A stretch of 64,000 nucleotides of DNA from an uncultured Zetaproteobacteria bacterium (GTDB lineage: Bacteria > Pseudomonadota > Zetaproteobacteria > Mariprofundales > Mariprofundaceae). This document shows positions 44,051 through 53,109 of this stretch, piece after piece; positions within the stretch are counted from its first letter, which is position 1, and every line of letters begins with the position of its first letter. The stretch covers positions 18,610 to 82,609 of the forward strand of contig CAZCZU010000006.1 of the NCBI GenBank assembly GCA_964503475.1, in the 5' to 3' direction. A program made the position numbers and the translations under genes. The notes beneath the pieces were generated by a model. That model saw only the letters and a program-made list of their open reading frames with translations, did no database searches and was not told where the DNA came from.

Positions 44051-44243
44051 AACCCCGTAGGGCAGGCTGGTTTCCGGGGTGCCCTTCTTTGGTCCTTTCT
44101 TGGGCACGCAAGAAAGGACGCACACCAGAGTTCGATTCATTCTGCTCAAGCTCCCTTTACGAAGGTACTATTAACTGCGTTGAATTGTATTCCCTTTGGC
44201 AAGAAGCAAGCGGCGCTGTCCCGCCGCGCGATAGCTGTATCAA

Positions 44244-44630
44244 TTAGCGATTGAAGAAGCGCGCCGCGACAACAGCGCCAATAACCCCACCGATACTATC
44301 GGCCAGCCAGTCGGCCACCTCCACCATGCGCCCCGGCACAAAGGATTGGTGCCACTCGTCACTCGCTCCGTACAGCGAGCAGAAGACCATCGCCAGCCCA
44401 AGCGTCGCGGCAGCCTGGAGCCCGGCATGGCGAAAGGCGCGTCAGGCCAGCCACCCCATCAGGGCATAGCCCATCCCGTGCACCAGCTTGTCGATATGGG
44501 GAAAGAGCTGCGGCATCGGCACGCTCGGCTGGGCCGAGAGGATAAAGATCACCGCACACCAGATGGTGAGCAGAGTGCTGTCTCGCCAGACGGGCAGATT
44601 CACGGCTTGAAGAGATCGGGAAAGGGACAT
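44244..44630 (-). pseudogene. VanZ-family membrane protein gene interrupted by an in-frame TGA (44442-44444)
   Basis: ORF 44442..44630 ends ...HIDKLVHGMGYALMGWLA-TGA. The same frame continues RAFRHAGLQAAATLGLAMVFCSLYGASDEWHQSFVPGRMVEVADWLADSIGGVIGAVVAARFFNR-TAA (stop 44244-44246), which carries the VanZ DE.HQ.F.PGR signature. Confidence 0.75.
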
Positions 44631-44704
44631 GGGCTTATTCTACGGCGGGCGGTGCGATGCACCACCCTGCCGTAGCATCAGTGAGTCACATGATCAGGCG
44701 TGGA

Positions 44705-45730
44705 TCAGGAACGGGCCCAGCGCGCCTTGTAGCCGCGCACGTCGACATGCACGAAGGGGCCATGCGCACGGGTGGCCCGGTATTTGCCCAGGCCACCGAC
44801 CAGCGGCGCGGCATCGGGCTCGACATGCAGGCGGTCGGCCACACTGTAGAGGGTGGCGGCATCGTCGTAATCGACATGGCCGTCGGCATTCAGGTCATCC
44901 ATGGCACCTGAATGGCTGCCATCGATGTAGACATCGGCGGCCATACCGTACTGGTGGGCACTGAACTTCACGTTGCCCAGGCCACGGTTGTAGGCCGGGG
45001 TACGGTAGCCGCTCATCACCGTGAAGGTATTGGCACGGAATTCCGGCTCATTCACCCGGGCCAGCAGCAGCTCCAGCTTCAGCAGCAGCTTCTCCTGCAG
45101 CACGACGTACTTCGGATAGCCGCCCGCCTGCTTGCAGAGGAACTGCTTGAGCCTGAAATGCGGCGCGATCAGGGTGTTCTCGTTCTCGCGCGTTACCTCG
45201 ATGAAGCCGCGCGGCTTCCGGTAGACCTTGGCATGACGGGCCGGTGCCGTGTCCGGGTAGGCACCGATGCGGTAGCCGTTGATGGCGCCATGCTGCATCC
45301 GGCTGTAGGGCACCATGACGAACACATTCAGCGTGATCGCATCTTCGCTCCCGGCACGACGGATCGTGACAGGGTAGAGGCCGCTCTTTTCAGGTGCCTG
45401 CCAGGCCCACTCGGCCGGGGCACGCATGACGAGCTTGCCGGCCTGGGCGGCAAAACGGTAGTCGCCAGCCTTACCCAAGGCTGCCAGATGCAGCGTTTCA
45501 CCCGGCATCACGTAGGTGGCCATCACCTTGTAGGGGGTGGTCATCGTGTTGAAACGCAGCGAAAATCCGGCCCGCTCCTGCGAGAAGCCGGCCACCTTGG
45601 CGGAAGTTTCAGCTTGCGGAACGGTCGTCCCGGCCAGGGCCAGCGGCATCGGTGCACCGATCAGGGTGGCGCACAGCAGCAGCGCTTTCAGTCTGGTATT
45701 CGGCAGCTTGGTTTCAGGCAGGGTCTTCAT
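44705..45730 (-). CDS. Secreted peptidase M15A-type (YcbK/MepK-like, DUF882-like) zinc peptidoglycan peptidase
   Basis: 341 aa with a signal peptide. The C-terminal domain has FTVMSGYRTPAYN, SAHQYGMAADVYI and FVHVDVR metal-ligand contexts. Lies directly downstream of an LdtD-like gene, as ycbK does with ycbB in E. coli. Confidence 0.7.
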   Translation of the reverse strand: MKTLPETKLPNTRLKALLLCATLIGAPMPLALAGTTVPQAETSAKVAGFSQERAGFSLRFNTMTTPYKVMATYVMPGETLHLAALGKAGDYRFAAQAGKLVMRAPAEWAWQAPEKSGLYPVTIRRAGSEDAITLNVFVMVPYSRMQHGAINGYRIGAYPDTAPARHAKVYRKPRGFIEVTRENENTLIAPHFRLKQFLCKQAGGYPKYVVLQEKLLLKLELLLARVNEPEFRANTFTVMSGYRTPAYNRGLGNVKFSAHQYGMAADVYIDGSHSGAMDDLNADGHVDYDDAATLYSVADRLHVEPDAAPLVGGLGKYRATRAHGPFVHVDVRGYKARWARS

Positions 45731-45776
45731 GCCCTAAACCATACCAAATCGGTCCGTTAAATGAGTATGACGCCCG

Positions 45777-47422
45777 TCACAACAGTGCCGCGGTCAGCAG
45801 GGCATCGCGGTGGTAGATATCGTGGCGAAAATGCACCCCTTCCCCGTCGGCCCAGGCGGTCAGGTAGAGGAAATAGACCGGCAGCGGCCGTTTGAGCACC
45901 ACGATCTGCTCCGCACCTTTGGCAATGGCCTTTTTGATATGCGCCGCATCCCAGTCGGGCTCCTCCTTGAGCAGATATTCGGCCAGGACAAGCGGCTTTT
46001 CGATGCGCACACAGCCATGGCTGAAGCTGCGCACGCTGGCATCGAACAGGTACTTGTGCGGCGTATCGTGCAGGTAGACGCTGTACTTGTTGGGGAACAT
46101 GAATTTGAGCACCCCCAGCTCGTTGTCCGGGCCGGGATCCTGGCGCAGGTAGTAGGGAAAGTTCGCCTCGTTGACCTTGGCCCAGTCGAGGCTGGCCGGA
46201 TCAATCTCACGCCCGTTGTCCCCCCAGTTGCTGAGGATGCGGATATGCTTGCGGGCCAGCAGCTGCGGATCGTTGCGCAGGCGCGGCAAAAGCTCGCGGA
46301 AGAAGAGCGCCCGCGGCACATTCCAGGCCGGATTGATGACCAAATACTCCATCCTGTTGGCAAACACCGGCGTGGAGTGGAACAGCTTGCCGACAATGGC
46401 GCGCATCCTGAGCACCGGTGCGTCATCCTCCACCACCTTCAGCGAGAAGGCGGCGATATTGACCTGCAGATAACGCTGGCCAAGCTCACGGGGCAGCCAG
46501 CGCAGCCGCTCCATGTTGATGATGATCTGGCGGATACGCTGTGCGACCGGCACATTCATCGACCGCAGCGTCCGGCCGCCGACAATGCCATCCTCCAGAG
46601 CCCCATGCGCCGCTGGTAGTGGCGCACCGCCGCCTCAAGGGCCGCATCGAAGGCATCGCCTCCCGCATCTGTGGCGGCAAGATCGCCGCTGATCTTCAGG
46701 CGATGGCGCAGTACTGCCACCCGCTTGCCACTGGCGCCCGGCGTAAGCCTGGGGCCGTCGGGGATCGTCGGCCAGCCTCCGGATGCGGCGATAGCGCGAT
46801 AGTGGGCCAGCGCCTCGTGCAGGTGAAAATAGCCGTTCTTGGCCGGCAGCAGCCCGCGCAGACTCTTGCCAATACGGTTCTTCGCCAGCGCCTGCTGCAG
46901 CAGCCTGATCGGGTCGACATCGGCGGGATAGAGCTGCCAGTTGGGGAAGATCTTTTCCGGATCGACCCGCCCCCTGGCCAGGTGCGAGCCGTAGGTGATA
47001 AAGGCATCGGTGAGCAGCAGGTCCAGCCTCGCCGCCGCCTCGCCCCTGCCCTCCCCATCGGTGGCGGCAGGCTTGCGCAGCGTGGCCAGCAGGGTGCGGA
47101 TGGCGGCCAGGTGGTAATCGGCCGGCCTCAGCCCCTCGCTGTCGGCGGCGGCAATCGCCTTCACCAGCGCATCGGCCTGCGGCAACGGCCCCTTGTCACT
47201 GCTCCAGGCAGGCCGGAACTGACGCGGGGCATAGAAGGAGGCGACCAGCAGCAGGGCATGCACCGGTTCGCCGGCCACGCGGGCATCGGGGAAGCTGGCC
47301 AGGGCATCGAGTTGCAGGGCGATGCGCGTCTGCACCGACAACGGGGCAGCCGGCAGGGGCAAGGCACTGCCCAGCCACACACAGCAGGCCATAATGACGA
47401 TCAACCACTGCCGGTAACGCAT
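45777..47422 (-). pseudogene. YcbB/LdtD-like L,D-transpeptidase split by a single frameshift near 46601-46612
   Basis: ORF 46556..47422 encodes the signal peptide, scaffold and start of the PG-binding domain (...FDAALEAAVRHYQRR). ORF 45777..46559 encodes the rest (NMERLRWLP and the YkuD catalytic SHGCVR). The downstream frame reads HGALEDGIVGGRTLRSMNVPVAQR upstream of its first Met. Adding one base in CGGCGCATGGGG restores RRHGALEDGIVG. Confidence 0.8.
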
Positions 47423-47527
47423 CCATTTACCCTAGCATGGCCATCGCTGTCATGCAGCGGCCCTGTATGCATAAACAGCTGATCGCCAGAGGGGCGTCGC
47501 GAGCAGACGCGACATGCCCTATGGTGA

Positions 47528-48469
47528 TCAGACGGCGGCGATGGCCTGTGAGCGCTTATGCAGCCAGCGGGTCATCCCCGCCGCCGTCAGGATGGCCCAG
47601 ACGGCGAACAGGGCGCCGGGCAGGGCCGCCACCGGCTCGAAGTGTTTCAGGGCCAGCATCACCCCCAGCCCCGCATTCTGCATGCCGATCTCGATGGTCA
47701 TGGTCACCTTGTGGGCGTAGTCGAACCTGCACAATCGGGCGATGGCGAAGCCGCCGAGATAGCCCAGCGTGCTGATGGCCACCACCAGCAAGAGAACAGA
47801 AACCGAGACCGAGGCAATGCGATCGGCATTGGCGGCGGTGACAAAGCCGACGATGAGCAGGATGGCCAGGGCCGCCACGCCGGGAGCGATCTGCTCCACC
47901 TGCGCCTGGTAGCGGGCTAACAGAGGCCTGAGCGCCATGCCGGCGATCAATGGGAGGACGACGGTGAGCAGGATGGTCTGCATCATCGGCCAGAAGGGGA
48001 TATGCAAAAAGGCGCCGCCAAGATACTTGACCAGCAGCGGAGTCAGCAGCGGCGAGAGCATCGTCGCCACCATGGTCATGGCGATCGAGAAGGCGACGGC
48101 CCCGCCGGCCAGATAGGTGATCACATTCGAGGCCATCGCCCCCGGCGCGCAGCCGACGATGACAAAGCCGAGTGCCAGGGCCGGCGGATAGCCAAGCGCC
48201 ACGACAATGGAGCCCGCAGCAAAGCCGAGCAGCGGCATGACGGTGAACTGGGTGGTCACCCCGATAGCGATGCGCCCCGGCTTTTTCAGTGCCGCTTTCG
48301 CCTCTTCCGGATGCAGCACCAGGCCGAGGGCAAACATCGTCGCCGCAAAGGCCCATTGAATGGCTGATTTGCTGAAGACCATAAACAGCGGCGGATAGAG
48401 GTAGGCCGCCACGGCCGCCACGATGGTGAGGAGAGCGAGATTGCCCGATAAAAAGCGCCATATATTCAT
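47528..48469 (-). CDS. Bile acid:sodium symporter (BASS/SBF) family transporter
   Basis: 313 aa polytopic protein. Pattern FALGLVLHPEE...GVTTQFTVMPLLGF...GCAPGAMASNVITYLAGG is typical of SBF-like carriers. Confidence 0.85.
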   Translation of the reverse strand: MNIWRFLSGNLALLTIVAAVAAYLYPPLFMVFSKSAIQWAFAATMFALGLVLHPEEAKAALKKPGRIAIGVTTQFTVMPLLGFAAGSIVVALGYPPALALGFVIVGCAPGAMASNVITYLAGGAVAFSIAMTMVATMLSPLLTPLLVKYLGGAFLHIPFWPMMQTILLTVVLPLIAGMALRPLLARYQAQVEQIAPGVAALAILLIVGFVTAANADRIASVSVSVLLLVVAISTLGYLGGFAIARLCRFDYAHKVTMTIEIGMQNAGLGVMLALKHFEPVAALPGALFAVWAILTAAGMTRWLHKRSQAIAAV

Positions 48470-48612
48470 GGGGGTGAATATCTACCCTACCCCACCCTTG
48501 CAGGCCATGGTCCATCGCTTTCATCGACTTGCAGTGATGGTATGTTTACCGCCTCAACAGGCAGGAAGGGTCAGTGACTTCCGTCATTCGTTTTCAAGGA
48601 TCAGCAGCACGC

Positions 48613-50085
48613 ATGTTTGAACAGACATTCCGCAATATCGATGACGTACTCTGGAAAGAGGCCGGCTGCACTACCGAGCTCGACTACACCGAGCAGACCT
48701 CATGGATGCTGTTTCTCAAGTACCTCGACGATCTGGAGCAGGAGAAGGCACAGCTCGCCGAACTGCACGGCAAGCCTTACACCTTTATCATCGACGAAGC
48801 GCACCGCTGGTCCAGCTGGGCGGCCCCGAAAACGGCCGACGGCAAATTCGATCACAACAAGGCGCTCACCGGCCCCGATCTGATCGACTACGTGGACAGC
48901 GAACTCTTCCCCTATCTCAAAGGCTTCAAGCAGCGGGCCACCGGGCCGGACACCATCGAATACAAGATCGGCGAGATTTTCGGCGAGATCAAAAACAGGT
49001 TCACCAGCGGCTATTCACTCAGAGATGCGCTGGAGCATATCGACGGCCTGCGCTTCCGCTCGCAGAAGGAGAAGCACGAGCTCTCCCACATCTACGAGGC
49101 GAAGATCAAAAACATGGGCAATGCCGGGCGCAACGGCGGCGAGTACTACACGCCGCGCCCGCTGATTCGCGCCATCATCCGGGCGGTTGATCCCAAAATC
49201 GGCGAGCGCATCTATGACGGCGCCTGCGGCTCGGCGGGCTTCCTCTGTGAGGCCCACGACTTTCTGAAATACGATGAACACGGAAAAGTACGCAACGGTT
49301 TAACCACCAGCGATCTGAAAACACTTCAGGCATCCACCTTCTACGGCAAGGAGAAGAAGAGCCTCGCCTACGTGATTGCCATCATGAACATGATCCTGCA
49401 CGGCATCGAAGCGCCCAATATCATTCACACCAACACCCTGGCCGAGAACATTGCCGATATTCAGGAGAAGGATCGCTTCGACGTGGTGCTCGCCAATCCG
49501 CCATTCGGCGGCAAGGAGCGCAAGGAGGTGCAGCAGAATTTCCCGATCAAGACGGGCGAAACCGCCTTCCTCTTCCTGCAGCATTTCATCAAGACCCTGA
49601 AGGCGGGCGGCCGCGCCGGCATCGTCATCAAAAACACCTTCCTGAGTAACACTGACAATGCCTCGGTGAGTCTGCGCCGCGAGCTGCTGGAATCCTGTAA
49701 TTTACATTCCATCCTCGATTGTCCGCAGGGCACCTTCCAGGGCGCGGGCGTGAAAACGGTGGTTCTGTTTTTCGACAAGGGCAGTGCCACGCGCAAGGTG
49801 TGGTACTACCAGCTCGATCCCGGAAGAAGCCTCGGCAAAACCAACCCGCTCAACGATGCCGACCTGGCCGAGTTCGTGGAGCTACAGAAATCGAAAGCCG
49901 ACTCCGACAAATCGTGGTTGGTGGACATCGCCGCTATCGATCCGTCCACCTTCGATCTTTCGGTGAAGAATCCGAACGGCGGTGAGGAAATCGACCACCG
50001 CGACCCGGCCGAGATCATGGCCGAGATCGCCGCCCTCGACAAAGAGAGCTCCGATATCCTGAACTCCATTAAGGCGCTGCTGTGA
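48613..50085 (+). CDS. hsdM: Type I restriction-modification system, DNA methyltransferase subunit HsdM
   Basis: HsdM_N-like N-terminus (FRNIDDVLWKEAGCTTELDYTEQTSWMLFLKYLDD). SAM motif IYDGACGSAGFL and catalytic NPPF (VLANPPFGG). An alternative GTG start at 48574 is possible. Confidence 0.92.
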   Translation: MFEQTFRNIDDVLWKEAGCTTELDYTEQTSWMLFLKYLDDLEQEKAQLAELHGKPYTFIIDEAHRWSSWAAPKTADGKFDHNKALTGPDLIDYVDSELFPYLKGFKQRATGPDTIEYKIGEIFGEIKNRFTSGYSLRDALEHIDGLRFRSQKEKHELSHIYEAKIKNMGNAGRNGGEYYTPRPLIRAIIRAVDPKIGERIYDGACGSAGFLCEAHDFLKYDEHGKVRNGLTTSDLKTLQASTFYGKEKKSLAYVIAIMNMILHGIEAPNIIHTNTLAENIADIQEKDRFDVVLANPPFGGKERKEVQQNFPIKTGETAFLFLQHFIKTLKAGGRAGIVIKNTFLSNTDNASVSLRRELLESCNLHSILDCPQGTFQGAGVKTVVLFFDKGSATRKVWYYQLDPGRSLGKTNPLNDADLAEFVELQKSKADSDKSWLVDIAAIDPSTFDLSVKNPNGGEEIDHRDPAEIMAEIAALDKESSDILNSIKALL

Positions 50086-51308
50086 AAGCTGGTTGGCAAG
50101 TTAAGCCGCTGGGTGATATGAGTCAGTTCCAGCGTGGTCTAACTTACTCAAAAAAAGACGAGGCTGACGCATCGGACAACGTTGTGGTGCGAGCTACGAA
50201 TATTGATTTGGAAACAAACCAACTCGATTTTTCAGAGTTGAAATATATCAGTGAAAAAATTGTCGTTCCTGTGGCTAAGAAGCTTAAAAAAGGGTCTTTG
50301 CTCATATGCACGGCGAGTGGCAGCAAAAGCCATTTGGGCAAGGTAGCTTTCATTGATGATGACTATGATTACTCCTTTGGTGGATTCATGGGGATGCTTA
50401 CCCCAAATGAAGACCTACTGCCAAGATACCTGTTTCACCTGATGACATCAGGGGGCTACAAGGATTTTATCGGGCAGCTTGCTGATGGTGCAAATATTAA
50501 TAATTTAAAGTTTGACGACCTGAAGCGATTTCATGTCCCATTCCCACCTATTGCCGAACAGCGGCGGATTGTGGGGATTCTGGATGAGGCATTCGAGGGC
50601 ATTGCCAAGGCGGTGGCCAATGCCGAAGCCAATCTGAAAAACGCCCGCGAACTCTTCGAAAGCCACCTCAACGCTATCTTCTCCAACCCCGGCCCCGACT
50701 GGACGGAGAATAAGTTCGGAGATATTTGCGACATCAAACACGGCTTTGCATTCAAGAGCGAATTCTTCGTCTCCAATAGCAAGCATGTCCTGCTTACTCC
50801 CGGCAATTTCTTTGAAGCTGGTGGATACCGTGATCGAGGTGATAAACAGAAGTTTTATGACGGGCCTATCCCCGATGGTTTTGTCTTGGAAAAAGGCGAT
50901 CTGTTAATTGCTATGACGGAGCAAGCTGCCGGTTTGTTGGGTAGCTCAATCATTATCCCTGAATCGGGTGTTTTTCTTCATAACCAGCGACTCGGATTAG
51001 TTGTGCCAAAAGAAGGTGTGCCTTGGGACAATAAGTTTTTCGCTCTCGTTTTTAATACTAAAGCGATAAGAAAAGCCATTCATGACGGTGCTTCGGGCGT
51101 AAAGGTCAGACACACATCACCCAAAAAGATTGCCAATATTTCGGTTTCGTTCCCTACATCAGTTGACGAACAACAAGCCATTGTCGCCAAGCTCGATAAA
51201 CTGGCTGCGGAGACGAAGCGGCTGGAGGCGATCTACCGGCAGAAGCTGGCGCTGCTGGCCGAGCTGAAGCAATCACTGCTGCACAAGGCTTTCAGCGGGG
51301 AGTTGTAA
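50082..51308 (+). CDS. hsdS: Type I restriction-modification system, specificity subunit HsdS
   Basis: 408 aa with two target-recognition domains separated by a conserved helix (PPIAEQRRIVGILDEAFEGIAKA) and a C-terminal conserved helix (EQQAIVAKLDKLAAE...LKQSLLHKAFSGEL). Overlaps the hsdM stop. Visibly lower GC. Confidence 0.9.
   Translation: MKAGWQVKPLGDMSQFQRGLTYSKKDEADASDNVVVRATNIDLETNQLDFSELKYISEKIVVPVAKKLKKGSLLICTASGSKSHLGKVAFIDDDYDYSFGGFMGMLTPNEDLLPRYLFHLMTSGGYKDFIGQLADGANINNLKFDDLKRFHVPFPPIAEQRRIVGILDEAFEGIAKAVANAEANLKNARELFESHLNAIFSNPGPDWTENKFGDICDIKHGFAFKSEFFVSNSKHVLLTPGNFFEAGGYRDRGDKQKFYDGPIPDGFVLEKGDLLIAMTEQAAGLLGSSIIIPESGVFLHNQRLGLVVPKEGVPWDNKFFALVFNTKAIRKAIHDGASGVKVRHTSPKKIANISVSFPTSVDEQQAIVAKLDKLAAETKRLEAIYRQKLALLAELKQSLLHKAFSGEL
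51264..51308 (+). repeat. Direct repeat copy 1 (the authentic hsdS 3' end)
   Basis: CTGAAGCAATCACTGCTGCACAAGGCTTTCAGCGGGGAGTTGTAA. It matches 52810-52854 with 2 mismatches, and the last 33 nt are identical. Confidence 0.9.
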
Positions 51309-51402
51309 ACCGTCAGTCCGAATTTTCATCCGACGGAAAAGCACAGTTGACGCAAAAAAAAGTATTTACCCGATTGGTAAATGCATTTAATGTACGCACA
51401 CG

Positions 51403-51732
51403 GTGGATGTATTCTTTTCAACCAATGACTTGAAGAAGCTATGCGAGAACAGGCGGGCAATGGAGCGTCAGTTTGGTAGCCCCTGTGCGAAGAAGCTGCG
51501 GCAACGGTTGTCCGATTTGTGCGCTGCCGAAACGCTGACTGATGTAGTGGCAGGCAGGCCACATCCACTGAAAAGAGATCGGCTGGGGCAGTTCGCACTG
51601 GATTTGCATGGCGGAACCCGGCTGGTGTTTGAGAGTGCGGATGATCCGATTCCGCATTTGGATGATGGAAGCATTGCGTGGCATGAGGTTACAAAAGTGC
51701 GCATCGTGTTTATTGGAGATTACCATGACTGA
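51403..51732 (+). CDS. higB: HigB-like (COG3549, plasmid maintenance killer) RelE-fold toxin
   Basis: 109 aa, GTG start. HPLKRDRLGQFALDLHGGTRLVFE...VRIVFIGDYHD matches the HigB-like pattern (HPLKG.R.G.WS.R...WR..F...V....DYH). The toxin-first order and 8-nt overlap with a HigA-type HTH gene also fit. Confidence 0.72.
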   Translation: MDVFFSTNDLKKLCENRRAMERQFGSPCAKKLRQRLSDLCAAETLTDVVAGRPHPLKRDRLGQFALDLHGGTRLVFESADDPIPHLDDGSIAWHEVTKVRIVFIGDYHD

Positions 51733-52807
51733 ACAAGTTGCAACCTTTGCGCCGGATTGGGTTTCCCCTCCCGGCGATACCATTCTGGACTTGCTGGAAG
51801 AGCGCGGCTGGAAGCAGACCGAGTTTGCCGAGCGCATCGGCTTCACCACCAAGCATGTAAATCAGATCATCAACGGCAAATCGGCGATCACTGAAGATGC
51901 GGCCATCCGGCTGGAGCGTGTGCTCGGTAGTACAGCTCGTTTCTGGATGAACCGCGAAAGCCAGTATCGTGAAGCCTTGGCCAGAGAGGCCGAACTGGAA
52001 GCGCTGGAAAACGATGTGGAATGGCTTACGGAAATCCCTGTCACGCACATGGTGAAGTGCGGATGGATGGCCAAATGCAAAAGCAAGCCTGCGCAGGTGG
52101 CCGAGGCGCTGAAGTTTTTCGGTGTTGCTTCGGTTCCTGCCTGGCGCAATCAGTATGCCGCACCACTTGCTGCGTTTCGTGCGAGCGACAAGTTCGAAAA
52201 AAAACCAGGCTATGTTGCAGCATGGCTTCGGTATGGCGAACGCTGTGCCGATGAAATTCGGACAGCGCCTTTCGACAAAGCCAAATTCAGAGCTGCTCTT
52301 GAAGAGCTGCGCGCATTGACCATCGAGTCCGATCCCGATGTGTTCATCCCAGCTTTGGTGGAAAAATGTGCGGCGGCTGGTGTAGCTGTCGTGTTTGCCC
52401 CCGCGCCGACTGGCTGTCCGGCTTCGGGCGCCACCAAGTGGGTCGATTCCGACAAGGCCTTGTTGATGCTCAGCCTGCGTCATAAGACGAATGACCACCT
52501 CTGGTTCTCATTCTTTCACGAGGCTGGGCATTTGCTGATGCATGGAAAGAAGATGCTGTTTATTGAGGGTAATGGTCTGGATGGTAAACAGGAAGATGAA
52601 GCCAATCAGTTTGCCGCCAATCTGCTGATCCCCAAACAATTCGAAGAACGATTGATGTTCGTGGGGCATACAGCGACTGCGATCCGGGCTTTTGCCAAAG
52701 AAGTAGGTGTGGCACCCGGCATTATCGTGGGCCGGATGCAAAACGATGGCCTTCTTGGATGGGGAACACCACTTAACAAATTGAAAGTTAGTTATCAATG
52801 GGCTTGA
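51725..52807 (+). CDS. HigA-type Xre HTH antitoxin domain fused to an ImmA/IrrE (COG2856, peptidase M78) metalloprotease domain
   Basis: Start ATG 51725. The N-terminus PPGDTILDLLEERGWKQTEFAERIGFTTKHVNQIINGKSAITEDAAIRLERVLGSTARFWMN is a HigA-family HTH. The C-terminal part carries HEXXH (FFHEAGHLLMH, codons at 52517-52531). Confidence 0.8.
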   Translation: MTEQVATFAPDWVSPPGDTILDLLEERGWKQTEFAERIGFTTKHVNQIINGKSAITEDAAIRLERVLGSTARFWMNRESQYREALAREAELEALENDVEWLTEIPVTHMVKCGWMAKCKSKPAQVAEALKFFGVASVPAWRNQYAAPLAAFRASDKFEKKPGYVAAWLRYGERCADEIRTAPFDKAKFRAALEELRALTIESDPDVFIPALVEKCAAAGVAVVFAPAPTGCPASGATKWVDSDKALLMLSLRHKTNDHLWFSFFHEAGHLLMHGKKMLFIEGNGLDGKQEDEANQFAANLLIPKQFEERLMFVGHTATAIRAFAKEVGVAPGIIVGRMQNDGLLGWGTPLNKLKVSYQWA

Positions 52808-52809
52808 GA

Positions 52810-52854
52810 CTGAAACAATCCCTGCTGCACAAGGCTTTCAGCGGGGAGTTGTAA
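52810..52854 (+). repeat. Direct repeat copy 2: an orphan duplicate of the hsdS 3' end (encodes LKQSLLHKAFSGEL-stop with no hsdS body upstream)
   Basis: CTGAAACAATCCCTGCTGCACAAGGCTTTCAGCGGGGAGTTGTAA begins 3 nt after the stop of the HTH-ImmA gene. The downstream flank also partly resembles the flank after the real hsdS stop (CCGTCA..GCACAGTT). Confidence 0.9.
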
Positions 52855-52944
52855 GCCCCGTCAAGCAGGCGCACAGTTCGCGGCAAGAAACCCCGCCTCA
52901 GGCCATGCGCCCCATGCGTACCCTCGGCGGGTTACTTTTTATCC

Positions 52945-53001
52945 AGCCCCCGGCACTACGCCCGCCACCCATCCGGCCCGGCCGAACCCGGGGGCGTTTT
53001 T
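52945..53001 (+). terminator. Possible rho-independent terminator after the orphan hsdS 3' end
   Basis: GCCCCCGG (52945-52952) pairs with CCGGGGGC (52988-52995) and is followed by GTTTTT. The loop is long, so confidence is low. Confidence 0.3.
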
Positions 53002-53109
53002 CACTCAGTTTATGTTCTGCCGAATTGATAAACCGTGAGTTGCTTTTCCCTCCGAAAAACAAACCGGTTATGGTGGTCATATTGAAGAATCGGGTGCTAT
53101 AGTTCTGCC

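Noticed and set aside
44240-44428. ORF-track entry of 62 aa on the minus strand.
   Set aside because: It is out of frame with the VanZ reading frame. The frame continuing past the TGA at 44442 gives a clean VanZ C-terminal half, whereas this ORF translates to Arg/Trp-rich nonsense.
44442-44444. The in-frame TGA in the VanZ-like gene as a selenocysteine or programmed-recoding site.
   Set aside because: VanZ proteins are not known selenoproteins. I saw no convincing SECIS-like hairpin immediately downstream. A TGG-to-TGA transition or a sequencing error is the simpler explanation.
52855-53109. Small ORFs 52898..53080 (minus) and 52905..53102 (plus) between the two ImmA modules.
   Set aside because: Pro/Arg-rich translations, no SD, and they overlap a terminator-like hairpin and the putative promoter. 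I treat the region as non-coding.
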